Origin: Octopus vulgaris | Taxonomy: Eukaryota | Reading direction: 5' to 3' | DNA length: 64,000 nt | NCBI GenBank assembly: GCA_951406725.2 | Contig: OX597823.1 | Span: 85,560,001-85,624,000, forward strand | The notes under the pieces: model-generated | The model's input: the letters and a program-made list of their open reading frames with translations, nothing else | What the model was told of the DNA's origin: nothing | Databases searched by the model: none | In this document: in pieces, positions 29,390-44,019 of the stretch | How positions within the stretch are numbered: the stretch's first letter is position 1 | How the letters are laid out: every line of letters starts with the position of its first letter | Made by a program: the position numbers and the translations under genes

Positions 29390-30695
29390 TCAGCAAGAAA
29401 GTAATCGCACTCCTTGTAGAAAATTACTTGATGAATGATACCTAGCATGCATTTCGATCAGGTAGAAGCTGTCTGACACAGGTCTTGCAACACTACGACT
29501 GGGTGTTAAAACAGCTGCGATATGACTAAAATACGGATGTCATATATCTCGACTTTAGAACAGCTTTTGATAAAGTCGACCATCGTACGATATGTCGCGA
29601 ACAGCATGATCTCAGCGTAGGTGAATAACTTGGAGAGTGACTGGTTGATTTTCTAAAAGTTAAATGTCAGAAAATGGAGGCCAACAGAATCCCCTCCAAG
29701 CAAACATAAATAGCAAATTGGGTTCCAAAGGGCACTGTCTTAGGGCCACTGCTATTCAAAGTCGCCGTCTCAGAGATTCTCTCAGCTTCTCAGATGACAC
29801 AACACTCTCAATGACAATACAAAATCCTGGGAATATTGCACATCTGCAACGGGAGTTGGATGCAATATACAGGTGGGCTGAGGACAACAGCATGCAGTTT
29901 AATCCAGGAAAATTCGGCTCACAAAGCTAAATGACATGCAGATAGGATACACTGGCCCGGGAAGAAATTGCAATCCCTGAGTCAAAACCAGTGCGGGATC
30001 TGGAAATTGACGTGAGCAATGATGCATCTTTTCAATTGCATATTACCAATTTGGTAATAAAAGGCAGACGGCTAGCAGGATGGATCCTCCGAACTTTCAA
30101 AACAAAGGTAAAGGAGACATTGATGGTCCTTTGGAGGACATACGTCCTCAGGCGCTTGGGCTCTTGCTCCCAACTATAACACCACACAATATATGAAATC
30201 TACGGCTGAACACGAAACAATCCAACGATGCTACGCTAAGAAAATCGTCTCAATACAACGTATCAGTTTTTGGGAAAGATAGAAAGAATTAAAACACTTC
30301 TCCCTAGAACGAAGACGGGAAAGTTATACTGTGCTATGGATCTGAAAAATTCTGCGAAGCCTTGTACCAAAATTTGGAATTGCATTGTGCCAAAGATCCC
30401 AGCGTCGCCATCAAAGATACTGCAACAGTTTGGGTTTCAAGGGACCACAGCTCTTCAACATCCTTCCAAAATACCTTTGAGACTTGCATGGTGTAGATGT
30501 AAGTGTCTTTAAAACAAAAGTGGATCTTTTCCTATCAAATGTTCCAGACGAGCCTACATCACAGCAGGAAACACTGATGAGGGCAGCGGACCAAATGCCA
30601 CGTATCAGAGGAGGCTTTCAAATAATGGTGAAGCCCACTCAACGTTGGTGCCCCAGAATGACCGCAGTTTTGAAGTTGAAAGATTTTTTAAAAAG
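29390..30695 (+). mobile_element. CR1-like LINE, degraded RT and 3' end
   Basis: HAFRSGRSCLTQ, DVIYLDFRTAFDKVDH, FSDDT, RDLEIDVSND, WILRTFKT with many stops and frameshifts; tail GGTGCCCCAGAATGACCGC. Confidence 0.85.
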
Positions 30696-31510
30696 TTTAA
30701 AGAAATGTATATATATATATATATATATATACATACTCCCTAATATTATTATTATTATTATTATATATATATACTCCCAATTATATATATATATATATAT
30801 ACATACACATATATATATAATGGAGAAATTATACAAAATGTATAGATGATGACTAAAGCACTGGCACGATTTCGATTGCTTGTTGTTGTCCGTAGATTTA
30901 CAACAGGAACTTTGAAGTTGATGGTCATATAGCGATACATAAAACCGAATTAGAAAATCTCTCGTAAATCGTAAAACTATTCTTCTTCCATTTATCTTAT
31001 TAATACTATATATATATATACACACACACACAGCAATAAGAAAATGGAGGGGATCAAGAGGTGGTATTCATCAACGTTTAGACATTATATTATGTCTATA
31101 AATATATAGACATAATATATAGACATATACAGACATATTTATTTTTTACTAAAACAATTATAAAAATATACATGTATAACATATGTTTTACATATATAAT
31201 ATAAAAAATACCAGTAATTATTAAATATATATAAAGTATAGCATAGTAAGTAGGATAGTATCCTACAGCTGTTTTAACCAAGAGGCCATAGTACCCCACT
31301 CTACTTCCATCCCTTTAGTGAACTGAAGTATTTGGTAGATAAGTGTAAAGTACTTATTTGTATCTCTGGGCTTTGTCAGAGAGTTTAGAAAGTTCAAAAG
31401 GTTAAGTTATAAATATAGATACATATATATATATACATACATTTACATATACATACATATGCATAAATATACATAAACACACACACAAATATATATATAT
31501 AAAGGAATCA

Positions 31511-31602
<92 letters not shown>

Positions 31603-31610
31603 CATCATCA

Positions 31611-31656
<46 letters not shown>

Positions 31657-31657
31657 G

Positions 31658-31736
<79 letters not shown>
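31511..31736. repeat. (ATT)n microsatellite, ~225 bp
   Basis: Directly visible. Confidence 0.95.
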
Positions 31737-31875
31737 GGTATATTATATTATTCTTATTAGATAAAGTATAAACAGAGGAAGGAGAAATTTATCAAAAGAG
31801 AAATAATAGTGGAATTTAAAAAATCAATATATCTTAAGATTATTATAGTTATGTAGGAATGAAAAGTTATATACT

Positions 31876-31919
<44 letters not shown>

Positions 31920-32007
31920 TATGTATGTGTATGTGTGCATTACATAGATATGTATTAATGTAGACATATACGTATAGATATACACACACATATATATATA
32001 TAAATAC

Positions 32008-32056
<49 letters not shown>

Positions 32057-33046
32057 GTATGTATGTACGTATGTATGTATGTATGCATGGAGAGTATCGG
32101 TTTGTGCTATATATCTATTTATCTAGCGAACTTCAGTCATTGCTTTGATTAACTCAAACTTTTAATAGTTTCAATTTTCAATACTTTTCTTCTATGCTTT
32201 CCAAAACCAGAATATCATGAATTCTATCTAATATGAAAGAATTTCTGTCCACATTTCTTTTTTACTAAATACACGATTCTTCCTTTTTGAAAGGGGTGTT
32301 GGTGTTTTTGGTGGTGGTGGTAGTGCTGGTTGCAGTGGTGGTGGTGGTGGTAGTGGTGGTGATGTTGGTGTTGGTGGTAGTGGTGGTAGTGGTTTGGGTG
32401 ACCCTTCAGAGTTGATAGAATTAAAAAAAAAAAAACGCTAGAAGTTTTACATTCGGTTTCTCTGTTTCTTTTACACAAGTTTTTGAAGCACATGTCATGC
32501 AAATCTTCTTTTGCTGTAGGTTAAAATGGACTCAAAAACAGTCCCTTTGCTGTCAAAAAGGAACCACAAAGAACAGGACACTTTTTTTTCTCATTTATAG
32601 AAGTGTATAAGAAAGAAGATATGTGGAAAATGTTGCAAGAGAAAGTGCCATGAAACTAGTTAAAAAGCGTTGACTAAAAAGACATCTTTTTTTTTCTGAA
32701 TGATGTTTGGAAGATGGCCAATGTTAGAAAGATAAAATACTTTGCTAAAGAACAGAGTGTAAAAGAATTTCCTAGATAGAAAGAAAAAAAAAGAGAATGG
32801 ATAAAGAAAAGAGAATGGCGATGGAAAGAAATGCTTTTTCTTTTAAAGAAGAAAGACTTCAGTAAGCGGTTTAAAGAAATTTATTCAGTCAAAGCTAACT
32901 GCATTGCAAGACTTCCAAAGATTCTTTTTCCTCGGCTCGTGATATTTTTTTTGGTGGCTTCATTGATCGATATGGAATTTATCCAAGATATATTATGATG
33001 AATATTAAGAATTAAGAATAAGCCTTAGTATACAATATAACAGACG

Positions 33047-33098
<52 letters not shown>

Positions 33099-33577
33099 GT
33101 AAACCTACATACAGGTATACATATATAGACATATGTTGTTTATAGTTAATTAATATAGTAGCCTCTCCGGAATGATCAACATTTGGCTATACGTTTATTA
33201 ATTAAATCGAATCCAACGGCCATTTATGTATCCTGCTTTTTGCAACGTAAAATGGCTGACATATTTCCCGCTTTTTAGGACACTACTCTATCAAAGGAAA
33301 CATTCACAAAACAAAGCAGGAAAAAAAAACACTCACAGATAAGTGGCTAAAGGGAATACTGAATAAACTCTTGTATCATCTGCAAGGGCGACGATGAGAC
33401 TTCTAGCAATAAACGCTCAGTATTTAATATGTCTTTCGTAATTACTTTCAACAACCTTCACCCTGCGTTCATAGGTTTCAATTATGCAAATTGGATTTTA
33501 TGATGTCAATATACTTTACATGTCTATTAGCAACATATCATTTATTTCCAACAACCAGCTGAACATAATATAATCTT

Positions 33578-33897
33578 AGGAGCGTGGCTTAGGGGTTAGA
33601 GTATTCGGCTAACGATCGTAAATTCGTGAGTTTCATCATCGGCGGCGCGTTGTGTCCACGAGGGAAATACTTTCTTTCATGTCGCTCAAGTCCATTCAGC
33701 TTTTAAAAATTAGTTGTACTTATAATTCGAATGGCCAGCCTAGCTACATTCTATGTCACGATGAATCTCCTTGGGAACTACGTTAATGGAACGCGTGTCT
33801 GTAGAGTGCCAGCCACTTGCACGTTAATTTCACGACCAGGCTGTTTCATTGATCGTATCACCTAGAACCCTCATCGTCGAAACCGAGGGAGTAACAG
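33578..33897 (+). mobile_element. CORE-type SINE (related copies at 48745-48957 and ~46275-46380)
   Basis: GGAGCGTGGCTTAGGGGTTAGAG head; TTGTGTCC..CTTTCTTTCA; GTCACGATGAATCTCC..CACGTTAATTTCA..TTGATCGTATCA shared with 48.8 kb. Confidence 0.7.
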
Positions 33898-34349
33898 TTA
33901 TATAAACTTAGGTATGATCCAACATTCCTTCTCTTCTACAACATCAGCTACTATTTTTTATTGGTGGTCTTTACATTTGGAAGACTTTGCCAGTCGATAT
34001 AAGTATGCTAGCACAGTGCTCAGGTTTTGTTTTTTCGTAATAAATTAAAAGCACATCGTGGCTGACTGCTTCTGAAGGAGAGAGAATCGTTTCTAGCATT
34101 GAGCATGTTGAAGAATTTATATTATACAGTGAATAGCGTACACATAATTCTTTTATTTTCAGATTTTAGATTTAGCTTTTTATTTCCATGTGATTAAGTT
34201 CTTTAAGTCACTGGTGCAAACCATATTATGTTTTTAGAAATCAGACCAAAATTAACATGAGTGTCACGAAGAGTATTTCCATTCGTTTTGAATTTTGGAG
34301 CTAGAAATAAAAGACTGGCAGAATTAAACCAAGTCCCACGTGAAACAAG

Positions 34350-35078
34350 GTACCCAACAAAATAACTATTAACAAATTAAAGCCTGTCATTGTATCAGAC
34401 ATTCACGAATTACGAAAACAATTAAAAAATTCCTAATATTCTACATTAGATCATAACATACAATAGAAAAAATACAGAACCACTCATCATTATCCATCAA
34501 TACATTCTGTAATTGAAGGAGGACACAATAATGAAAACAAAATACATTCGAAATACACAAAATAATTAGCAAAAGATGACCAAATTCCATAAAAAAGTAT
34601 TCACCAGCATCAAATTACTCGCTACACGCATAATAGCAATAGCCAAAAAGATGTGGCCGTCATTATTATTGAACCTACACCGATTATATAAAAAGCACAC
34701 ATCTTCCTGTAATAAAAACACTTTACCCGTTCGTCAAAATATTTGTATAATAAACTGTAATGTATGTTACGAAAATTACACAGGTCAAACGAAACTTAAC
34801 TTGAGAAGTAGTTTGAAAACACATCGTGGTTGGCTGTTACTGAAGGGGAGAGAATTGTTTCTAGTTTTGACTATAAGTATTTTCTATAACACAATATTAA
34901 TAATACCAGTCAGTTGTATTCGCAATGATGCAATCAACTTTGGTGTAACAGGACGACATGTGCTGAAAACGTGATTGTTATTATTGGAAATAAAATTGGA
35001 GGTTGAATGCCAAGAAACAAGTGGAATCATATTCTGATAAAGCTAAACATCGTAGCTACGGGCTAAATATGTGCGCCA
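34350..35078 (+). mobile_element. Penelope-like element 3' remnant with GIY-YIG endonuclease
   Basis: ORF 34576-34974 has QNICIINCNVCYENYTGQTKLNLRSSLKTH, matching the GIY-YIG pattern VY.I.C..C...YIGQT.R.L..R..EH; followed by a hammerhead-like motif; 5' boundary uncertain. Confidence 0.65.
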
Positions 35079-35642
35079 ACAGTAATACAAGCTATTAATA
35101 CCAGGCAGATTCCGTTAAACGAAGATTTACAAATATTTGCAACAAGTAGATAACCAAAATTCGTAGTCTCCCCAATTAAATTTTCTCCAGACAAAATCAT
35201 ATAACAAGTACGGATAATTGAAACAGATATGTTTATTAAAAACAATACAAACATTGGGTAAATAAGGAATAACAACATTTTAAAGTAAAAATCACAGTTG
35301 CAGTTCGCATTCTCACAAGCACATAGACAACCATGCATGTAAACTAGTAAGCGAATATATAGCTTTTCTGCTTATAGCTTTTCTTACAACCTGTTTTTCA
35401 TGTGTCTCCCATAACAAAAAGCCTTCACCTTCAGTGAAATTATATCACGTGACTTTAATATGTGGACATAGTGCAGAGTTATGTGCTTTTGTACCCCTCA
35501 TATCTATGACTTTTTCGAATATGTATATCATATATACCATAGCAATTACATACCGAACCCGCTAAAAAGCAGTCGAATCTCCTTCGAATCACACACACGC
35601 TACTGTTTCAAAATACAGCAGGATTTATATACTCTACGCCTA

Positions 35643-35717
<75 letters not shown>

Positions 35718-35871
35718 GCTATCTATCGGTCTATCTATCTATTTATCTATCTAGCTATCTATCGGTTTATCGCTGTATATATATAGATTTATATATATAC
35801 ATATATATACATATGTTTATATGTGTGTTTGCATGTATACATATATATATGTGTGTATATATGTATGTATA

Positions 35872-35921
<50 letters not shown>

Positions 35922-36034
35922 ATGTGTATATAAATATAGACACACACACATATATAGTAGTGGACCTGTGGGTTGTGTGTGTATGTGTAAATGTGTGTTT
36001 GTGTGTGTGTGTCTGTTTGTGTGTGTGTGTGTGT

Positions 36035-36102
<68 letters not shown>

Positions 36103-36226
36103 TTGTCTAGAAAAACAAAACTAAATTTATAGCTGGATTGCCTTTCCGCATAAACCTACAAAATTATCAATAATTATGGTTTAAACAACAACAACAACAG
36201 CAACAACAAGAAAACCAACAACAAAG

Positions 36227-36433
36227 CTATAAGTAGTTTCTATAACACAATATTAATAATATGAATCCGATGTATGCGCAATTCTAAAATCATCTTTGGT
36301 GTAATAGAATGGCATGTACTGAAAACGTGATTGTTATTATTAGAAGTAAAATTGGAGGTTGAATGCCAGGAAACAAGAGGAATCATATTCTGATGAGGCT
36401 AACCGTCGCAGCTACGGGTTAAATATGTGCGCC
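36227..36433 (+). repeat. Direct copy of 34871-35077 (pLTR-like)
   Basis: CTATAAGTA.TTTCTATAACACAATATTAATAATA...CTGAAAACGTGATTGTTATTATT...GGAATCATATTCTGAT...AAATATGTGCGCC. Confidence 0.85.
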
Positions 36434-37038
36434 GCCAGTAAGACAGAAGAGGCCGATAAAGTCGATTGACCCGCCATTTTGCCAGCTTGGTTTTCCGGCT
36501 TGTTAAGTGGTGTACGTCACATAAATATATTTCATGCCTATATATATGTGTGTGTGTGAGAGAGAGAGAGAGAGTGTGTGTGGTGAGTAGATGTATGTAT
36601 GTATGTATGTATGTGTGTGTGTATGTATGTATGTGTGTGTGTGTGTGGTTATGCACAGGATCACACATAAAAACATACACATGTATCCATGTATCTCGAT
36701 GATTTTCGGGTAGTAATTTCAATGTGGTTTGGTGAGTGAGTATTCGTTTATTTACACTAGTGATGACGTTAGTGTTTCATACATACATACACACACACAC
36801 GCACACATACATAAATACATACATATACGCATACATTTATATACACACATATACATGTATTTAGTTGCAATACAGTATACATAAGTATATAGATGTATGA
36901 GAGTATATTTACATATATATATATATACATATATATATATAAAATTCTTCCAAACAAGAAAGCACAAAAAAACAACAAAGCGAGGACGTGGAACAAATAT
37001 AGTATTATTGGATGCTCAGGAAAGAAGGAAAGAAGGAG

Positions 37039-37077
<39 letters not shown>

Positions 37078-37078
<1 letters not shown>

Positions 37079-37416
37079 ACCTTTAATCGAGCAAATCGAC
37101 CCCAGAACTTATTCTTTGTAAGCCTAATACTTATTCTATCGGTCTGTTTTGCCGAACCGCTTAGTTACGGGGAAGTCAACACACCAGTATCGCTTGTCAA
37201 GCGATGTTGGGGAGGAGAAACAGACACACAAGCATATACACACACATCATATACATATATATACATGTACGACGTGCTACCGTCCACCAATTTCACTCTC
37301 AAGGATTTGGTCCGCCCGAGGTTATAGTAGAAGACACTTGCCCAAGGTTCCACACAATGGGACTGAACCCGGGACCATGTGGTTGGTAAGCAATCTTCTT
37401 ACCACACAGCCACTCC

Positions 37417-37417
<1 letters not shown>
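37078..37417 (-). mobile_element. SINE family B
   Basis: Matches 25905-26363. Confidence 0.8.
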
Positions 37418-37484
<67 letters not shown>

Positions 37485-37508
37485 CGTGTGTGCGTGTGTG
37501 TGTGTATA

Positions 37509-37790
37509 GGTGCAGGCGTGGCTGTGTGCTAAGCAGCTTGATTCCCAACCACATGGTTCCGGGTTCAGTTGCAATGCAACTTGGACTAGTATCTTCTACT
37601 ATAGCCTTGGGCCGACCAAAGACCTGTGAATGGATTTGGTTGACAGACCCGGTAACGTAGCGGTTCGGCAGAAGAAATCGATAGAATAAGCGTCCGCCTT
37701 ACAAAGAATAAGTCCAGGTATAGATTTCTTCAAATAAACGCCGGTACTCCAGCATGACAACACTCATATCACTGAAACAAGTAAAACAAT
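37509..37790 (+). mobile_element. SINE family B, internal microsatellite region deleted
   Basis: GGTGCAGGCGTGGCTGTGTGCTAAGCAGCTTG..GGTTCCGGGTTCAG..CTCCAGCATG..CTGAAACAAGTAAAA. Confidence 0.8.
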
Positions 37791-37872
37791 ATACAACTAT
37801 GCTATTTAAACCTTGTGCAACGCCGGGTATCTCTGCTAGTACACACACACACACACACGCATATATATATCC

Positions 37873-37919
<47 letters not shown>

Positions 37920-38334
37920 TGTTTTATATATATGTATATATGTATGTATTGATAGATAGATACATAGAAAGCGCGATAGAGGAAGAAAAAGGAGCATACA
38001 CCCACATATATACATCTACGTATTCACTGGTCTGAGAGTAAGTTACTCACGTGAACAGACGTTAAGTCTAGTTATCACAATAGACATAACTTTCTTCTTA
38101 TTATAACAACCTTGGTGATATTTTTCATTATATTCTTAAATTTGGGAAATCCGGTATATAAACAAGAGAATGTGTTGTGTTATTCAATCAAGTTCAGCTA
38201 AATATTAACATGAATTCATGTAACAATACATGTACTCATATATATATGAAGCCTTCTTATGCTATCTTCCTCTCTCCCACAGTGTCTGCATACCTTTAGT
38301 AGGTATATGTATATATTTATGTGTGCGTGTGAGT

Positions 38335-38475
38335 CTTGTGTAGTATGAAGGTTGCTTCCCAGCCGCATTTTCCGGGTTCACTCCCACTGCATGGCATCTT
38401 GAACAAAGGTTTTCTACTATAGACAAAGCATAGTGAGTGGATTTGTGAGACGGAAATTGAGAGAAGCCCGTCGTA
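38335..38475 (+). mobile_element. SINE family B, 5' half, diverged
   Basis: CCGGGTTCACTCCCACTGCATGGCATCTTG..GACGGAAATTGAGAGAAGCCCGTCG. Confidence 0.65.
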
Positions 38476-39019
38476 TATATGAATGTGTGTGTGTGTGTGA
38501 GTGTGTGTGTATCCTTAATTATATACTTATTTTCTTTCTACAGTTTGTGCCAGTTCTACTCAAAGTGCTTTGAAGAGCACTTTGAGTACAACTAGCTCAA
38601 ATAAATGGGTTGTGCAATGAAAATGACATATCGTCAGGCAAAATAAGTCTATTTTTCAACTCAATTTGCATCCTCAATGCAAAATAGAATAAGGGCACTC
38701 TTCAGAGCTGCTTTTTTCTTAAATGTCTTCATACCATCCCTGAAGAATCTGGTATATTTGGGGTTCTAATACCTGTGTCGGCGAAATTTCATATGATCTC
38801 TTTTGACGGATGCCCACCCTCAAGACAAAGTCAATCTGAAAATATTGAAGAGCATGCTTATTCAGGCGCGAGGCAGTTAGATCGAAGTCACAACTACTAC
38901 AATGACTAGAAATGAGCTCTGCAGCTACAGACACAATTGTGTGCGAGCGTACAAGCGCGCTTGTGTATCTGTGTATCCAAATGATTCTGTTTACGTAAGC
39001 CTGTGCTTGAATATGTATG

Positions 39020-39145
<126 letters not shown>

Positions 39146-39167
39146 TATGTACATATATATATATATG

Positions 39168-39199
<32 letters not shown>

Positions 39200-39202
<3 letters not shown>

Positions 39203-39660
39203 TTAAATCCTTAAATCCTTAAAAATGTTTTAGCCCGAAGGCCGCGGTCATGCTGGGGCACCACCGCTGAATGAGCTAGACTAATATGTGAATCCAGCTA
39301 TGACACGTGGCACTTGGTCAACAAGGGAGTTCGATGCCGCTGCCCGCATCTGCGTCTCCTGTCGTGAGGTAGGTTCATCTGGGACCCCCGACAAGAAGAG
39401 GTCCAGTTTAGTTTTAAAGAAACCCACATCCACACAATGCAAGTCTCTCAGACATTTAGGGAGGATGTTAAAGAGCCGTGGTCCTCTGAAACCCAAGATG
39501 TTGCAGTATCTGGTCTTGTATTTTGATGGTGATGTTGGAATCTTTGGCACCATGCAGTGGTGCCCCGTTCTGCGGTTGGAGTAACTTTGAATGGCAAAGT
39601 TTGGGACAAGACCATCCAGGAGCGAAATCAGTAAATGTATTTACTTGAAAATCTTTATAT
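39200..39660 (-). mobile_element. CR1-like LINE 3' end with (TTTAAGGA)3 tail
   Basis: VPKIPTSPSKYKTRYCNILGFRGPRLFNILPKCLRDL..FKTKLDLFLSGVPDEP; 3' UTR GGTGCCCCAGCATGACCGCGGCCTTCGGGCTAAAACA. Confidence 0.85.
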
Positions 39661-39998
39661 ATATCTTGCACGGTGAGTTGTTCGTCGAGAAGCGGTGCCT
39701 ACCATACATTGATAATAGGCAATACACCTTGAAACCTAGGTCCGTATGTGGCATCCGCTTCTTGGGGAATGATCTCCCTTTGCAAGATAGAGGACGCCGT
39801 GATGGCGTCGGCCTATCTGGTGACGTTTATGTTCGCCTGGGGCTAAATGCAACAGTGACACCCCCACCACCCTGCCCTGTCCCTAGCCATATTCAGTTGG
39901 CTAATGTCCCTTATGTTATATATATATATATATATTTATATGTACATATATTTATATATAGGTATATATATATGTATATATACACAAACATATATATA

Positions 39999-40058
<60 letters not shown>

Positions 40059-40079
40059 CATATATATATATATATATAT

Positions 40080-40144
<65 letters not shown>

Positions 40145-41465
40145 TTATATATACAATATTTTATACTTATATATATTGTATATATCAACGTTTGCACAGT
40201 GTCCTGAACGAACACGATTACATACTTATCGTGGTAAGAAATTTGTAAAACCACTTGTAAAAATTGATTGCTAAGTGTTCGAAGCAAAGCAATACGCAGG
40301 TTGTGAAAAAAGATCGAAAGTTGTAGGTTAAATAAGAAGGTGAAACAGCGAAAGAATAAAAGAAAACAAAATCGCAAAACCAAAAATTAGAAAGAAAAAA
40401 AACGAAAAATATGTACAACAATCTAGAATGAATAATAGGTGTGATACGTCTTAGGAAACGGTAAGATGTGATGAAACTGAATTACGAAACTATAACCACC
40501 GATGTCTTATTAATATTTTAGTAGTTTTATAGTGGTTATTTTTATTGCTCAATACATTGGATAAAGCATATCAAGTTGATGGGAAGGAAAGAGCCAATGA
40601 TATATTTGTCGAGGTCTTAGTCGAAACAGAGTGAATATAAACGGCCAAACCCACCCAGAATTATGAAAAATGTATCGAAATAGAATTAGCAAATATACAG
40701 AAATAAAATACAAACCTAATGACCTAAGTATACTATGGCAATTATTTTGTCGTGTGTATAAGTCATACGATTGGAGGTTGTTATGATTCAGGATGTACAA
40801 TTATTTGTCTTTCCTTTCCTTTTATTGCTAAAGAAGACGGCCGAAACAGAAGATGGGTGCGTGAGAGTGTGCATGTGACAGTGTATGAGTTGTGTTTGTG
40901 CATTTGTGTGTGTTTGTGTGTGTGTCTGTGTGAGAGAGAGAGAGGGGGGGGAGAGTGTGTGTGTACGTGCGTGTATAAAACGGTGTAATCATTGAAGGGC
41001 AATCATGCCATATTCGTGCCAGCCTGACAAAATGTCGCTCAAAAAACATTTGCGTTTACCAGTGTACAGGCATATGTTTGTGTGTGCGTGTCTATGTGTG
41101 TTTATCTCTCTGTCTATCTCTCTTTCTCACTCTCCCTGTATATACATATATGTACGTATGTATATGTATACCTACGCTTGTATATATGTGTGTATATATG
41201 TGTATATATATATGTATGTACAAGTATATGTATATATATGTATATGTATGTATATATATATATATGTGTGTGTGTGTGTATATATATGTATATATCTATG
41301 TATATATATATAATATATGTATACACACACATATATATATGTATATGTATGTATATATATATATATATGTGTATATATATATGTATATATCTATGTATGC
41401 ATGTCTACATATGTATATATCTATGTATATATATATATACATAAAATATATGTATGTATGTCTAC

Positions 41466-41513
<48 letters not shown>

Positions 41514-41823
41514 GATATACAATATATATTGAGAGGTTATATTTATCTCCACTTAAACGTGGATGTTCTATTAGAACAAACTGTTTTATATAACTATATT
41601 ATACACACGCATACATACACACAATCACGCTCTCACATACAAACACAGACACACACACATATTTTTATATGTGTATATTATGTAGGTATATACAAATGAA
41701 TTTAATCATAAGTTAAAGTTCTCATGGAAATTTTTGAAGCCTACATGAATATACACACAGCATCAAACGTGTTTGAACTATACAGTTTGTTTGTACATAC
41801 CGTCTCATACGTCCACGCATACG

Positions 41824-41878
<55 letters not shown>

Positions 41879-42666
41879 GTATGTATGTAAGTGTATATTT
41901 ACAGATATATACAATTGTATGTATATGTGTTTGTGTTGTACAGCAGTGCGATTATGCATATTTGTGCTATGTTTTATTGTGTCTGGGCGTATATGTGCAT
42001 TATTCGTTGTTTGTGTATGATTCTACACAAATGTACAATAACAGTATTCTTAAATATAAAAGAAAGTAACTCTTACAATATAAGTAAAGCAAAAATTCTG
42101 AAAACACGAAATAATAAGACACAACAACAAGCATACTCTACAAAACTCCTTTAATACATAATAAATAAATATATATTAAAAATATTATGCAATGTGAAAA
42201 CATAATGAACGGAAATGCAGAGAGGAAACATGGAGGATATAATCCAAGGGAAATAGGTGATGGTCATTATTAATGTGTTTATACACATGTTTATGCACCC
42301 GTAATAATTATCCGGAAGCGTTTCTCCTTAATAAGGGGTCAGATGCTAAATGGGTACATTCGGAGGGGATTCTCTTTGGCGAGCAAAAATCATGGACAAC
42401 GGATATTTATACGGCATTCCAATCTCAAGAGGATAACAAACGCTGCTCCTGCCGTTGTTTCCTGCAAATATTATGCTGTTATGTATGTATGTAATGTATG
42501 TATGTATGTATGTATGTATGTAGTTACATAGGTAGGTAAGTAGGTAGGTAGGTAGGTAGGTAGGTAGGTAGGTAGGTTGGTAGGTTGGTAGGTAAGTAGA
42601 TAGGTATATATGTATGTAAGTTTGGACAGATGTGTCTGTGTATATATATGTATGTATATATATATC

Positions 42667-42777
<111 letters not shown>

Positions 42778-42898
42778 CATATATATATACACACACATAC
42801 ACGTATCTCATCGTATTGAACCGTTAATCCCTTCATATTTTTTCTCTCCCAGTTTTGTTTTTTTTTGTTTTCACTTTCTCTCCCTTTTTTTCCTCTCA

Positions 42899-42939
42899 GC
42901 CTTTTCTGTAGAAGAGCGTAGGCTCGAAATGTCAAAGAC
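42899..42939 (+). ncRNA. Hammerhead-like motif with altered 5' core
   Basis: CUUU UCUGUAGAA GAGC GUAG GCUC GAAAUGUC/ AAAG; lies in a short element between TA tracts. Confidence 0.4.
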
Positions 42940-43045
42940 TATTCCATTCTTCCCGAACGTCAAACTAATGCACCTGCTTGTTATTCCTTCACCTCGCTCC
43001 ATCCTTTGTTTTCAGTAAATTTCTACTATAGATGTATATGAAAGA

Positions 43046-43078
<33 letters not shown>

Positions 43079-43089
43079 CACACATATAT

Positions 43090-43955
43090 ATATATATGAA
43101 GTAAAAATTATATATATACATGTGTTTGTGAGTGTGTGGGTGTATACGTTAAGTTGTGTGTTTGTTACAAACGAAGGTATTATATATGCAAATATAAGGC
43201 GGCGAGTTGGCAGAAACGTTAGTACGCCGGGTGAAATGCTTAGCTTTATTTCGTCTGCAGTTACGTTCTGAGTTCAAATTCCGCCGAGCTCGAATTTGCC
43301 TTTCATCCTTTCGAGGTCGATAAATTAAATACCAGTTACGCACTATGGTCGATATAATCGACTTAATCCGTTTGTCCTCTCTGTGTTTAGCCCCTTGTGG
43401 ATAGTAAAGAAATAGGTATTTCGTCTGTCTTTACGTTCTGTGTTCAAATTCCGCCGAGGTTGACTTTGCCTTTCATCCTTATGGGGGTCGATAAATTAAA
43501 TCCCAGTAGTGTACAGGGGTCGATCCCAAAAGATTTCAGGACTAATGCCTACAGTAGAAAATATTGTATATGTAAATGTGTGTGTGTGTGTGTGCACGCG
43601 CGAACACACCCACGCACCCACCCACACATACAAATAAACGGAAACAGAGGAAGTGGACCTAGCAATAAAATGTTACTCGGGTATTTGCTGGTTTTTATGA
43701 ATACGTACGTAACACACCATTATACTTAAACAAGTACACATCCGCGCGCGCGCGTGTGTAAGACTTTTATCTTGTATATTTTATGTGTTTCATTGATTTG
43801 TGTGCGGCCATGCTGGAGCAGCCCCGAAGAGAGGGTTTTTAGTGGAACCAAACGACTCAGGACTTTTAAATTTTAAACTTAGTACTTATTCTACCCTTCT
43901 CAATTGTCGAAAAGCTAACATTCGGGAACGTAAACACACCATCACCGGTTGTCAT

Positions 43956-44019
<64 letters not shown>

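Noticed and set aside
39591-40274. 227-aa ORF
   Set aside because: Chimera of antisense CR1 sequence, a probable antisense LINE 3' end (MARDRAGW on minus) and microsatellite.
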